A stretch of DNA of 64,000 nucleotides from Promethearchaeota archaeon. Its GTDB lineage: Archaea; Asgardarchaeota; Heimdallarchaeia; Hodarchaeales; Hodarchaeaceae. The stretch spans positions 40,254 through 104,253 of the forward strand of contig JBHLMN010000023.1 in NCBI GenBank assembly GCA_048938105.1, written 5' to 3'. The stretch's first letter is position 1; every line of letters begins with the position of its first letter. Both the position numbers and the translations under genes were made by a program. Shown here in pieces: positions 9,970 to 20,080 of the stretch. Below the pieces are notes generated by a model, which saw only the letters and a list, made by a program, of their open reading frames with translations, did not search any database and was not told the origin of the DNA.

Positions 9970-10749
9970 GTGATATTTGATTCAATACTTTACCGTCTTT
10001 ACGAGAGAAGATTGTGGGCTCAAATCAAAGATGGTATAAATAAAGGAGTCCATCCTCGCCATGTTGCATTAATCATGGATGGCAATCGCCGTTATGCTCG
10101 TGCGAATAATTTACCAAGTAGTTTAGGACACCATTTGGGCCGTGAAAAACTTAAAGAAATTTTAGGCTGGTTTTATGATTTACAGATTGATTATGTCACT
10201 TTATACGCTTTTTCAACCGAAAATTTTGAACGGGACGAAGAGGAAGTCAAAGAATTGATGCAACTCTTTGAAAAAAGTTTCCGTGAAATCGTGAATCATC
10301 CTGAAATTAAAAAACGTAATATTAAAATTAAAGTTATTGGCCGAACTCATCTTCTTCCTCCAGAAGTGCAAAATGCAATACGAGACGCGGAAAAGAGTAC
10401 ACATACAGATGAAGAAGGACCAACTTTGATCATCGCTGTTGGTTATGGAGGTCGAGCAGAGATGATCGATGCTATCAAGTCAATTGCAAGAAAAATCGAA
10501 AATGGCGAGATGACTGTTAATGATATTAATGAAGTTGTAGTGGAACGACATCTCTACACCAATGGAATTCCCGATCCTGATCTCATCATTCGAACCTCAG
10601 GAGAGGAGCGACTCTCTGGTTTTCTAACTTGGCAATCAGCTTATAGTGAGCTATATTTTGCTGATGTTTACTTCCCTGGATTTCGTAAAATTGATCTATG
10701 GCGAGCTGTCCGTACATATCAATCCAGAAAACGACGGTTTGGGAAGTAA
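9970..10749 (+). CDS. uppS: cis-prenyltransferase (undecaprenyl/dolichyl diphosphate synthase)
   Basis: HVALIMDGNRRYA, YAFSTENF, DPDLIIRTSGEERLSGFL. Confidence 0.97.
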   Translation: MIFDSILYRLYERRLWAQIKDGINKGVHPRHVALIMDGNRRYARANNLPSSLGHHLGREKLKEILGWFYDLQIDYVTLYAFSTENFERDEEEVKELMQLFEKSFREIVNHPEIKKRNIKIKVIGRTHLLPPEVQNAIRDAEKSTHTDEEGPTLIIAVGYGGRAEMIDAIKSIARKIENGEMTVNDINEVVVERHLYTNGIPDPDLIIRTSGEERLSGFLTWQSAYSELYFADVYFPGFRKIDLWRAVRTYQSRKRRFGK

Positions 10750-10792
10750 TTCCTCTATATAAAAATGGTAACGGATTTAATTTTGCAAATCT

Positions 10793-11548
10793 TCAGGTAT
10801 ACATTCTCCTTGAAGATAACCTGTCTTTTTCTGTGTCTTCCATAGGCGCTAGTTGCCTTTTTATTTCCTCTTCGATCACACGAGCATTTCTTATTAACTC
10901 TTCGGTTTGAATTTCAACATTTAAAAGATTACTGAGTTTTTCAACCGCAGCAACCGCTCCCAGTGGATCGGGGCGATCTCTTTCCGCATATGCAAGAAGA
11001 CCAACCGCAGGGAACATGTTCATATCTAGATATCCAAGCATTATCGCAAGTGGTCCAGCAACAAATAATCCAGGGTTTAGTAAATTCGTTTTTACTTCTT
11101 CAATGAATCCATCTGGTAAACTAGAATGAGAAAAAAGCGCTCGGCTTGGAATATATTGCAAAGGGTTGTCTGACGCTTTTAAATTTATATCAACTCCCCC
11201 AATAAAGTAAGTAATTTCGAAGTTCTTGTGGCTTAGAATCCATTCGGAGAGTTTTTCAGAAAATTCAATCTGAACATGACGATACGGTTGTAGATGAGGA
11301 ATAAAGACAGCAAAATCTAGCTCATTTCCCCCATAAATCTCAAATGGTAATCTTAACCTGTTTTCCTGTACTGAAATGAACGGTGGGGCCCCACTTGACA
11401 TAATTGTAGCAATCCTCTGCATTTTTAGTTCTTGAATTAAATGAGAAACAGAAATGTATCCTATCTCTCCTAGACCATGCCATCCTCCAATGAATATGTT
11501 ACATTGATCTAGAATTTCAGGCTGTTCAATGAAAATCTTAAACTTCAT
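10793..11548 (-). CDS. Proteasome assembly chaperone (PAC2 family)
   Basis: GWHGLGEIGYI, PFEIY, GPLAIML, PDPLGA pattern. Confidence 0.85.
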   Translation of the reverse strand: MKFKIFIEQPEILDQCNIFIGGWHGLGEIGYISVSHLIQELKMQRIATIMSSGAPPFISVQENRLRLPFEIYGGNELDFAVFIPHLQPYRHVQIEFSEKLSEWILSHKNFEITYFIGGVDINLKASDNPLQYIPSRALFSHSSLPDGFIEEVKTNLLNPGLFVAGPLAIMLGYLDMNMFPAVGLLAYAERDRPDPLGAVAAVEKLSNLLNVEIQTEELIRNARVIEEEIKRQLAPMEDTEKDRLSSRRMYT

Positions 11549-11572
11549 TGGTTACCACTCCTTATGATTTTG

Positions 11573-12235
11573 TCACTCTAGTCGGTTCTCTCTTGCGATA
11601 TATCTAGCCCGGCTTTGGATTTTTTTCATATGTTCAAAAGTTTTCCTGCCTTTCTTGGATATCTCAATATATCCAAGTTTAAACAAGTCAAATAGATTTT
11701 GGAAATCTGAGCTGATTGCCTTTAATGTACTGTAGAACGTTAATAAATCGTCAGCTTTTTTTTCTATCTCCATTGATACGTGGCTTAATCCAAAATCGAT
11801 CAACCATGGTTCGTTATGTTTATTAATAACAATATTAAAGACAGTTAAATCCCCGTGTGTAATATCATTCTTGTGAAGAAGACCAACTTGCTGACCTATG
11901 GCTTTAAAAATTGATTTTAATTCAATGAGAGGTGCTGTATTCATTAAAAAAAAGAGGATTTCTCCTTGGATTTCCTCAATCAACAAAGTTCGGTTACCAA
12001 AATCAATTCCAAGAAGAACTGGTACTCGAGCACCGATCTTCCACGCAGACACCATTATTCGAGCTTCTGCTCTTAATCTTTGTAAACGGATCGCATTGTC
12101 TATTTGTGGTAATCTATAAATTTTTGGAAGCCGATGTTTCAGAACTATTGGAGTTTGAAGAAATGAACCACGATAAATTATAGCTTCTGCACCTTTCGCT
12201 AGTATTTTATCTTGTTTAATCATCAATGGATCCAA
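11573..12235 (-). CDS. bud32: KEOPS kinase Bud32
   Basis: KGAEA, KHRLPKIYR, HGDLT, LIDFGLS; coupled to kae1. Confidence 0.95.
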   Translation of the reverse strand: MDPLMIKQDKILAKGAEAIIYRGSFLQTPIVLKHRLPKIYRLPQIDNAIRLQRLRAEARIMVSAWKIGARVPVLLGIDFGNRTLLIEEIQGEILFFLMNTAPLIELKSIFKAIGQQVGLLHKNDITHGDLTVFNIVINKHNEPWLIDFGLSHVSMEIEKKADDLLTFYSTLKAISSDFQNLFDLFKLGYIEISKKGRKTFEHMKKIQSRARYIARENRLE

Positions 12236-13215
12236 TTCACTTCTACTTGGTCAGTTCGCCAACGAGGAATTACATGACTTTGTTTAATTTTTATGAAATC
12301 GTTAACTTCATACATTTTTACACCAGCTAAGGCAATCATTGCTCCATTATCCCCAGCAAGGTTTTTTGGAACTACAAAAAATTTGATTGATTGCTCTGAT
12401 GCTACTCCTTGCATCATTTCTTGAAGTCTTTTATTCGCTGCTACACCCCCTGTTAATAAAAGGGAAGATTTTTTGGTACATGACAAAGCTCGTTCTGTAG
12501 CCTCAGCTAATGCTGCAAAAGTATATTCTTGAAAAGAATAACAAATGTCAGAAACATCATTTTTTGAAATGAGTTTTTGAGCAGCAGTAATAACACCAGA
12601 AAAGGAGAATGACATACCTTTTATTGTATATGGAAGAGAAAGTAAAGTTTTCCCCTTTTTCGCTTCTTGTTCAATATAAGGTCCTCCAGGGTGAGGGAGT
12701 CCTAATTTTCTCCCAAGACTGTCTAATGCATTACCAATAGCTACATCTAATGTTTCTCCAAGGATACGGTATTTTCCATTCAGGAAAGTGATAAGCTGAG
12801 TATTTCCCCCACTCACATAAAGGACCAAAGGGTCTTCAGCTGGTGTAAGCATTCTTCCAAGCTCGACATGGGCAATACAATGGTTAACACCAATCAATGG
12901 TCTCTTTATCAGTAAAGAAATAGCCCGAGCAATAGTTGCAGTTATTCTAAGACATGGTCCAAGACCTGGTCCTTGAGAGAAGGCAATTGCATCTATTTTA
13001 TGTACTTTAAAGGGCAATTTATCAAAGATGTGTTCCAAGAGTCTTGGGAAATGTTTGGCAAGAAAATCTGATGCTTCCCTCGGATGTATACCACCCTGTG
13101 TTGGAAAATAGGTAGCTGACTCATTGATAATTATTTTTTTACCCTTTACTACAGCTATTCCTGCGGTATGAGCCGTTCCTTCAAATCCTAAAATTATAGG
13201 TTCATTTTTCACCAT
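12223..13215 (-). CDS. kae1: KEOPS t6A synthase Kae1
   Basis: EGTAHT, GIHPREA, HCIAH, LYVSGGNTQ, GDNGAMIA; start moved to ATG 13215 because the longer ORF overlaps rps27ae. Confidence 0.97.
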   Translation of the reverse strand: MVKNEPIILGFEGTAHTAGIAVVKGKKIIINESATYFPTQGGIHPREASDFLAKHFPRLLEHIFDKLPFKVHKIDAIAFSQGPGLGPCLRITATIARAISLLIKRPLIGVNHCIAHVELGRMLTPAEDPLVLYVSGGNTQLITFLNGKYRILGETLDVAIGNALDSLGRKLGLPHPGGPYIEQEAKKGKTLLSLPYTIKGMSFSFSGVITAAQKLISKNDVSDICYSFQEYTFAALAEATERALSCTKKSSLLLTGGVAANKRLQEMMQGVASEQSIKFFVVPKNLAGDNGAMIALAGVKMYEVNDFIKIKQSHVIPRWRTDQVEVNWIH

Positions 13216-13237
13216 GTCAGAGTCAGAAGAATCTGAT

Positions 13238-13402
13238 TTAGAATTCCGTGTATCCACATAAACCACAAGAAATCCTTCTATCTTTATGTTGTGCCATAAA
13301 CGATCCTTTACAACGAGGACAAAATTCATGCGTTCTTTTTATTGCCCCCTTTTTATAATCAACTTTATAATATGCGTTTGTGGGCTTCCTTCTTGTAGTC
13401 AT
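13238..13402 (-). CDS. rps27ae: Ribosomal protein eS31 (S27ae), not in ORF track
   Basis: Manual translation [54 protein letters not shown]; conserved position after rps24e. Confidence 0.95.
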   Translation of the reverse strand: MTTRRKPTNAYYKVDYKKGAIKRTHEFCPRCKGSFMAQHKDRRISCGLCGYTEF

Positions 13403-13407
13403 GATGG

Positions 13408-13710
13408 TCAGCTCTTTTTACTTTCTTCATTTACGAATTTATTCCTTTTTAAGCGAAATTTCGGCTCGAAAATATATACATCTTCCGTATTATCATAACA
13501 ATGAACTGTTACATGAGATCTCGGTTCCCCAAAATGTCCATGGATACTCTGTATAACAACATGATCAAGATCCATATTTAATTGAGCAGCAATTTTAGAC
13601 CTAACGGCCTCTCGTGTTGGGGTCACCTCTCCTAAATGAGTAAGGAGAACATCAACTTCCTTTCGGCCTATTAATGGGTTGTATTTTTCTTCAATAATTG
13701 TGGTCTCCAT
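13408..13710 (-). CDS. rps24e: Ribosomal protein eS24
   Basis: [18 protein letters not shown]...EP; operon context. Confidence 0.95.
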   Translation of the reverse strand: METTIIEEKYNPLIGRKEVDVLLTHLGEVTPTREAVRSKIAAQLNMDLDHVVIQSIHGHFGEPRSHVTVHCYDNTEDVYIFEPKFRLKRNKFVNEESKKS

Positions 13711-14320
13711 AAGTGGATTCCTCATGAACTTCGAATTTTTTTAGCAATTTTTGCACTAACTTCTTTAGGCTAGGAGTAATCAGAGCTACAACAATACCTT
13801 CATCAGTATTAATAGGAGGTTGGCCGTAAACAACCATACTTCCAAGGGGTAATAAAATAATCGCAGGGATTACTAGAAGATCCTCTTCGCCATCAATCCT
13901 GACAGCGACACGACATTTATCTGAGGTATATGTTTGTATTTGTTTGATTGTGTGTTCAATAACTCCCCAAGCAGCGTTCGAGATCCATTCTGGAGGATTG
14001 GAAACATTCATATCTTGATATAGTTTGAGATCAAGGGTAATTTCTTGTTTTCTGAGGGTTTTTCCATCGTATATTACGATGTCAGGATAAAAATTAACAT
14101 CAAATAGTGTTTTAGTACAATAATCCCCTATAGATATTGTAATAGGAGGTTTTTTCCTGTTAATATAGTTCTTTGCGTTTCTTGCAGCGTTGAGAGCTGT
14201 TCCTGTATATAGTATTCCAAATGGATCACGTAATGATGTTCTTAACATCTGTGGAAGTTTGTAACCCAAAAAGAAACCTCTAGCGTACTTTGATAGCATA
14301 TTTCCCAGGTCGAGTAACAT
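13691..14320 (-). CDS. GTP-dependent dephospho-CoA kinase (DUF359)
   Basis: IGD, YDGKTLR, NPPE.I, DGEEDLL, YGQP; conserved position between spt4 and rps24e; true start likely somewhat downstream of ORF start. Confidence 0.9.
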   Translation of the reverse strand: MLLDLGNMLSKYARGFFLGYKLPQMLRTSLRDPFGILYTGTALNAARNAKNYINRKKPPITISIGDYCTKTLFDVNFYPDIVIYDGKTLRKQEITLDLKLYQDMNVSNPPEWISNAAWGVIEHTIKQIQTYTSDKCRVAVRIDGEEDLLVIPAIILLPLGSMVVYGQPPINTDEGIVVALITPSLKKLVQKLLKKFEVHEESTYGDHNY

Positions 14321-14474
14321 TGAGTTTGTGAGCTATTTTGCTTTTATTGACATCTCTTATAATAACCATACCAACAAAGGATTTAGAAAGATGATTATGA
14401 GTTTTACAAATGGGACAGACCTCCTCTCCATGTACTATGCTATTACATTTCTTACATGCTTTTAATTTTACCAT
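14280..14474 (-). CDS. spt4: Transcription elongation factor Spt4 (RpoE'')
   Basis: ACKKC...CPIC, G.VII....SKIA..L..PGKYAIKVR. Confidence 0.96.
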   Translation of the reverse strand: MVKLKACKKCNSIVHGEEVCPICKTHNHLSKSFVGMVIIRDVNKSKIAHKLNVTRPGKYAIKVR

Positions 14475-15026
14475 TTAAGAATTCTCCTTTGTTGTAGATT
14501 CTTCAATCCAGCTTTTCAAGCCAAGACCTTCCCCCTTCATTGTGACTGCGATTTTCATGCTTACATGATCAACAGTTGCCGTAATGATCTTTCCACGGAC
14601 AAGATCCCCTGGCCTAATTGTACGACCTGATTCTCGTCCTACTAAAACACCAGAAGATCGAGAAGACATCTGGAAATACTCTTCCGCAATCTGACTGATA
14701 TGAGCTAATGCGTCAGTACAGCCTATTCTCATGAAAAAACCAAATTTTGTAGTTTCTACTACCTCTCCTTCGGATACTTCATCATCTAGTGGTCGAAAGG
14801 TGATAGCTTCATATTCAACATCATGAAACGTTGCTCCATCGCCTGGAACAATCCTACCTGGCGAAACTTCGATGATAGACAATATTGCAACAATCATTCC
14901 AACATCTGCACCAATTGTAGTTTCATTTTTTGCCCGAGAGATATCAAGTATGACCTTTGCTATTGACTCCCCAAAACGGTTTGGAGGAACACGGATTGTT
15001 TCACGGATTCGAGTTAAGTAGTACAT
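14475..15026 (-). CDS. rpo7: RNA polymerase subunit Rpo7 (RpoE')
   Basis: RVPP..FG, GRIVPGDGA, S1 domain (AHISQI), GLG..SWI. Confidence 0.96.
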   Translation of the reverse strand: MYYLTRIRETIRVPPNRFGESIAKVILDISRAKNETTIGADVGMIVAILSIIEVSPGRIVPGDGATFHDVEYEAITFRPLDDEVSEGEVVETTKFGFFMRIGCTDALAHISQIAEEYFQMSSRSSGVLVGRESGRTIRPGDLVRGKIITATVDHVSMKIAVTMKGEGLGLKSWIEESTTKENS

Positions 15027-15354
15027 AGTTCTTAAGCCTCAGTACGTTACCCTAGTACTGCAACTACTAAAAAATAGATCACATTGGGGTTTATTCATTA
15101 GACTATTGAGTGTTTCCACAAAACAATTCTTACAGAGATTGTATAAGAAAATCTCTTAACTTTAAGATAAGAAAAAACTAGCCAAAAAAGGGATTTATTT
15201 CCATTTGGAAGAATGATATTTTCTTGAACGAAAATAATTGAGCTAAATGAATAGTTGATATTCACAATATGACACTTATTTGTCCATACGAATAAAAAAA
15301 GGGGTGTGGGGATCAGACCCACTTTTAAGATATTGATTTAGGATATTTTCGAGA

Positions 15355-17841
15355 TTATTCTCTAATTGATGTTATTTTTCGATTACTTTTCCTATATGCC
15401 CATATAAACAATACAAAAAGTCCGGCCGCAACTATCATTAGAATTAAACTAAGATCTGGTTTGACAGTTGATTCTACTAAAAGTGGAGCCAATATAAGAC
15501 TTACTAAGTTAACAACTTTTATCATAGGATTAATTGCTGGACCTGCTGTATCTTTCAAGGGATCACCAACTGTATCACCAACAACACCCGCTTTATGACG
15601 TTCGGAACCTTTCCCCATATTCTTTTCTATGTCCCGAGGCTCGTCCTCTACAGCCTTCTTAGCATTGTCCCAAGCACCGCCAGCATTCGCCATGAATACT
15701 GCTAGTAATTGTCCAGAAGCAATTATTCCTGCTTGGAAACCCCCTAGTACTTCAACCCCAGAACCAATTGTTTGTCGCGCGGCCTCAGAAATGTTGGAAA
15801 TGGTTGCTCCTTGGACTATTAGTACACTGAATAAAATCGCTACCATAATAGGAACTGAAACAGCAATAACGGCTAAACTTACTAATTCTTTCTGTGCTGC
15901 TGATGTGGAGATTGATACGGCTCGTCCGTAATCAGGTTTTTTTGTTCCTTCCATAACACCAGGAATTTTAAATTGGTGCCTAACTTCCTCAATAATGTCA
16001 CCTGCAGCTCGACTGACTGCTCTGATGTTGAAAGCAGCAAAAATCCATGGTAAAGCTGCACCAAGCAAAAGACCAACAAAAACCGCAGGAATATTAACAC
16101 GCAAACCGTTTAAAAGCGGATTTACTAAATCTGGATACCCAGCGTCCACCAAATTATCTACAACAACTTGTATATCGGTAACAAAGGATGCAAACAAGCT
16201 AACCGCGGCAATAACAGCGGAAGCAATAGCTATACCCTTTGTAATCGCCTTTGTGGTGTTACCAACGGCATCTAGTTCTTCTAAAACGCCTGCTGATTCC
16301 TTATCCATAGATGTAAGTTCAGCAATACCTTGCGCATTATCACTAATTGGCCCAAATGAATCCATTGCTACATTATTACCTGTGTGAGAAAGCATACCAA
16401 TTCCAATTAGTGATATCCCATAAAGCATGTATTGTAAAATCTGTGAGGAATCAACATATAATTCTCGAATTCCAAGAAATCCACCAAAGATCTGATTACC
16501 TGGAAGAATAAGAAATGTACAAACAGCTATTACAAATGAGATGCAGATTGTAACAACAGCCCAAACACTAGATTCATACCCAAGAGCAAGTCCAGAGAGA
16601 ATAGTTGTTGCAGGGCCCCCATCCATTGACTCAACTACCTCTTTAACAGGGCCTCGTTCTTTCGAGGTAAATCTAGCTGTAATAGGATTAAAAGATACAG
16701 CTAACATCACACCTGTAGCTGTAAGAAATGCTAGTCTCCAATCACCTATGTAAAAAATGGCAAAAATAAACGAGGTTACAATGGTAATTGCACTAGAAAG
16801 TTCATATGATTGGAACATTGCTTTCTCTGCATCAGGTGTCTTCCAGAGGGCAACTGCAAAAGTACCAACCATTGAACTGATTACACCAATTCCTCTTACA
16901 ATAAGGGGATACATTATCCAAACAATAGCCTCTGTGATCGGAGTGCCTGGTACATCTAGTGCTAATCCATATAAAAATAAACCGAGAATGAGTGATGAAA
17001 CGATAGTAACTTCATAAGACTCAAAGATGTCTGCAGCCATCCCTGCACAGTCTCCAACATTATCTCCTACGAGATCCGCGATAACAGCCGCATTGCGTGG
17101 ATCATCTTCAGGGATATCCTTCTCAACTTTACCAACGAGGTCTGCTCCGACATCGGCAGCTTTTGTATAAATACCACCACCTACTCTCATGAAAAGGGCA
17201 AGAATTGTACCACCAAATCCAAAACCAAGAAGTGCATCCGGGGCAGCCGTTCCAAGAACTATAAAAATGAGCGTACCTCCTAAAAGACCAAATCCATCAG
17301 TCAACATCCCTGTGACAGTACCAGCATGATATGCTATCGAAAGTGCTTTGTTATATCGTCTGTCAACATCCATAACCTGTCCATTCTCGTCCGTTGCTCC
17401 TTGAGCAGCAGCAGCAACCCTTAAGTTACCTTGAACTGCAATTCGCATCCCAAATTGACCAACCATTAAAGAAAAGCTTGCCCCCATAATGAAAGCAATT
17501 GTCCTCCCAATCGCTAGTATCAATGTTCTTGTCTGTTTGGGGAATGCTTCCAGTTCATATTGCGCCGCTTCAGATGTATGGATTAAATAAACACTCAGAA
17601 AAAGGGCGCCTGTCAGTAGGATTACAATCGGTAGAATTGTTTTTAATTGTTTCCCAAGATAGGCATCAGCACCTTCCTTAATGGCACTCCAAACCTGTTT
17701 CATGTCATCGGTTCCAGTGTCGTGCTTCATAACATCTTGTTTTAACCACCAAGAATATATGAAGCTCAAAATGGCTACAATGATGACACCAATGAGAACT
17801 AATTGTTCAAAAGGATCTAAACGCATAAATGTAGTGAACAT
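15355..17841 (-). CDS. hppA: Membrane-bound ion-translocating pyrophosphatase, predicted K+-independent
   Basis: GGGIYTKAADVGADLVGKVE, DNVGDCAG, GNTTKAITKG (Lys variant), GDTVGDPLKDTAGP. Confidence 0.96.
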   Translation of the reverse strand: MFTTFMRLDPFEQLVLIGVIIVAILSFIYSWWLKQDVMKHDTGTDDMKQVWSAIKEGADAYLGKQLKTILPIVILLTGALFLSVYLIHTSEAAQYELEAFPKQTRTLILAIGRTIAFIMGASFSLMVGQFGMRIAVQGNLRVAAAAQGATDENGQVMDVDRRYNKALSIAYHAGTVTGMLTDGFGLLGGTLIFIVLGTAAPDALLGFGFGGTILALFMRVGGGIYTKAADVGADLVGKVEKDIPEDDPRNAAVIADLVGDNVGDCAGMAADIFESYEVTIVSSLILGLFLYGLALDVPGTPITEAIVWIMYPLIVRGIGVISSMVGTFAVALWKTPDAEKAMFQSYELSSAITIVTSFIFAIFYIGDWRLAFLTATGVMLAVSFNPITARFTSKERGPVKEVVESMDGGPATTILSGLALGYESSVWAVVTICISFVIAVCTFLILPGNQIFGGFLGIRELYVDSSQILQYMLYGISLIGIGMLSHTGNNVAMDSFGPISDNAQGIAELTSMDKESAGVLEELDAVGNTTKAITKGIAIASAVIAAVSLFASFVTDIQVVVDNLVDAGYPDLVNPLLNGLRVNIPAVFVGLLLGAALPWIFAAFNIRAVSRAAGDIIEEVRHQFKIPGVMEGTKKPDYGRAVSISTSAAQKELVSLAVIAVSVPIMVAILFSVLIVQGATISNISEAARQTIGSGVEVLGGFQAGIIASGQLLAVFMANAGGAWDNAKKAVEDEPRDIEKNMGKGSERHKAGVVGDTVGDPLKDTAGPAINPMIKVVNLVSLILAPLLVESTVKPDLSLILMIVAAGLFVLFIWAYRKSNRKITSIRE

Positions 17842-18274
17842 GGTTTCACTTTTCCTTTCTACAAATTTATCAGAACCTTGAATTCAATGATAGGTAAACT
17901 ATATATCTTTTTCAAAGAATAAAAGGATCCTCATGAGCTATTCTTTTGATTTTTATACATAAAGTTGTTTATAGTTTGTAACAGACCTGAAAAACAAGTG
18001 GTTCTGCCTAAACAACTTAACAAGAAACCAATTTTAAAAATTTTAAATAATTTTTTCCTTTTTTTGGATTCAAAATTCTTAGGTTGCCTTTTTTGGAAGT
18101 AATTTTAACATATTTATATTGTAATTGTTGATAGAAGAAGGATGATCTTTAATGACAAGGACATTATTTCAAATAGAAGAGTCTTAGTAACTTTCTTATG
18201 AGGGAGAAATTATTTTTGATTTAGCGACTAGAACGAGTAAAGTAATTCCAAATCAGGAATTCTGGGTGTATAAA

Positions 18275-18724
18275 ATGACTGAAAAGACGCTTTTGGTGAT
18301 TAAACCCGATGCTGTCCAAAGATCGTTGATTGGACAAATTATTTCCCGGATCGAGGAGAAAGGTCTTAAAATAATCGGCCTGCAAATACAAAAATTAACA
18401 GAATCACAAGTAGATCAATTATATGACATTCATGTAGGAAAAACCTTTTATCCTTTATTACAGTCATTTATTCTCTCTGGCCCTATTGTTGCAATTGGGA
18501 TTCAAGGTGAAAATGCTGTCAAAGTCGTACGAAAACTGGCTGGTATAACAAACTCCCCTGAAGCCGAACCTGGGACAATTCGTGGAGATTATGGACTTGA
18601 TTTAACAAAAAATATTGTTCATGCTTCTGATGCTATTGAACGGGCACAATATGAGTTAAGTATTTTATTCAAAAAAGATCAATTGGTAGAATATGAACTG
18701 ATAAATAAAAATTGGATAAAATAA
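18275..18724 (+). CDS. ndk: Nucleoside diphosphate kinase
   Basis: IKPDAVQR, PGTIRGDY, NIVHASD. Confidence 0.98.
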   Translation: MTEKTLLVIKPDAVQRSLIGQIISRIEEKGLKIIGLQIQKLTESQVDQLYDIHVGKTFYPLLQSFILSGPIVAIGIQGENAVKVVRKLAGITNSPEAEPGTIRGDYGLDLTKNIVHASDAIERAQYELSILFKKDQLVEYELINKNWIK

Positions 18725-18828
18725 TTAAATGATGTCCTTGAAGGTTTGAATATAATGGCACCTAAAATATCAAAACGAATTTTAAAAGGGAGGAATCTTT
18801 AATTCAGCGACGTTATCCCTATAAGAGA

Positions 18829-19458
18829 ATGCGAATAGAAAATTTAAACCGTTCACAGCTCATTAAAGATGAAGAAGATCGTTGGAGATTAGTTACACCA
18901 AGTGGGGATTACATTTTCCGAATATGGATCATGGGAATTGTCACAGAAAGATATACTGGGGAAAATTACTATCTTGGGTTGAAAGTGGAGGATGGGAGTG
19001 GAGCAATTATAGTAAAAACTTGGGACGGCAGACTTGATCAATTTCAGAAGTGGGATAAAATCGAGGTTTTAGGCCAAGTGCAAATGTCTGAGAGAGATGA
19101 AGAAATTGATGTTTTTATCTCTCCTGATATTTTTCAATCTATTTCAGATGATAACTGGTTCTTAGTACATAGGTTAAAAATTGCTCAACAACTCCAAAGT
19201 GACACCTCGATTGAAGTTAAGTCTGCAACTGTAGGAGGTATTGAACTTGGTGTTGCCTCTATAGAAGATCTGAAAATAAAATTACACGAGGCTGTTAAGA
19301 AGTTTGATAAGGGGGGAGGTGTAACATATAACCAACTAGTAAGGATATTTTCCGATATTGATGAGGTTCAGCTTGATGAAGCTATTACCGAGTTACTGGA
19401 ATCTGGAGAGTTTTTTGAACCTAAAGCAGGGATTTTTTCCTCAGCTGTTGATTCATGA
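18829..19458 (+). CDS. RPA2/RPA32-like OB-fold plus C-terminal winged helix
   Basis: RIWIMGIV..., VEDGSGAIIVKTW OB fold; C-terminal wH (GVTY..L...LDEAITELLESGEFFEPK). Confidence 0.8.
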   Translation: MRIENLNRSQLIKDEEDRWRLVTPSGDYIFRIWIMGIVTERYTGENYYLGLKVEDGSGAIIVKTWDGRLDQFQKWDKIEVLGQVQMSERDEEIDVFISPDIFQSISDDNWFLVHRLKIAQQLQSDTSIEVKSATVGGIELGVASIEDLKIKLHEAVKKFDKGGGVTYNQLVRIFSDIDEVQLDEAITELLESGEFFEPKAGIFSSAVDS

Positions 19459-19488
19459 AGTTATTTAATATGATTCTAGAAGAAAGTC

Positions 19489-20055
19489 TTAAGGACGATT
19501 CCACTGAAAAACATAGTATCGAATCTGTTGGTCTGATAAAACAGTTGCAATAACATATCTTTTTCTTACTGATGTTGCAAGTCTTCCAGCACGGACTAGA
19601 TCAATAGGTTTGATCGTTGACGCCTTTGGAAAGATTGAAACTAGAAATGGAGCGTGATCAATTCCTGGGCCACGACGATAAACAGCATAATCAGTCCCAA
19701 ATTTAAGACCAGGACGTACAATGTAACGCTTATTACGGAGGTCCAAAAAAACCGCATAAAAATCATCAAATTTTGGAAATCGTTCCTTACAAATGTTTAA
19801 GAATTCATCTTGGGAAAGAAATTTTGAATCGTCACTATAAATAGAGATTTTCTTCTTCTCCTGTAGAAATGCAGCCTCTAAAAGGGTTAGTTCTAGAGGA
19901 CGATCAAATCTGGGTGATTTAGGTTTTCTAATCCCTACTGGTTTTCCAAAATACCCTAGTTGGTAAATATAGCTTCCCTGATTTGGGTTCCATATGATCA
20001 CATGCTTATTAACTATTTGAGCTGGAATTGGGATTTCCATTGATTTTGCTTCCAA
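19489..20055 (-). CDS. endA: tRNA splicing endonuclease catalytic subunit
   Basis: GLKFGTDYAVY..GPGIDHAP, RLATSVRK catalytic triad; GYFGKPVGIRKPK loop. Confidence 0.95.
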   Translation of the reverse strand: MEAKSMEIPIPAQIVNKHVIIWNPNQGSYIYQLGYFGKPVGIRKPKSPRFDRPLELTLLEAAFLQEKKKISIYSDDSKFLSQDEFLNICKERFPKFDDFYAVFLDLRNKRYIVRPGLKFGTDYAVYRRGPGIDHAPFLVSIFPKASTIKPIDLVRAGRLATSVRKRYVIATVLSDQQIRYYVFQWNRP

Positions 20056-20080
20056 AAGGAAAGTAAAATTTCAGATCAAC

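Noticed and set aside
13216-13329. N-terminal extension of Kae1 in the ORF track
   Set aside because: Overlaps the real rps27ae gene in another frame
13238-13402. Ubiquitin-S27a fusion as in eukaryotes
   Set aside because: eS31 is stand-alone; rps24e lies immediately upstream
15629-17881. Series of plus-strand ORFs
   Set aside because: Antisense shadows of hppA
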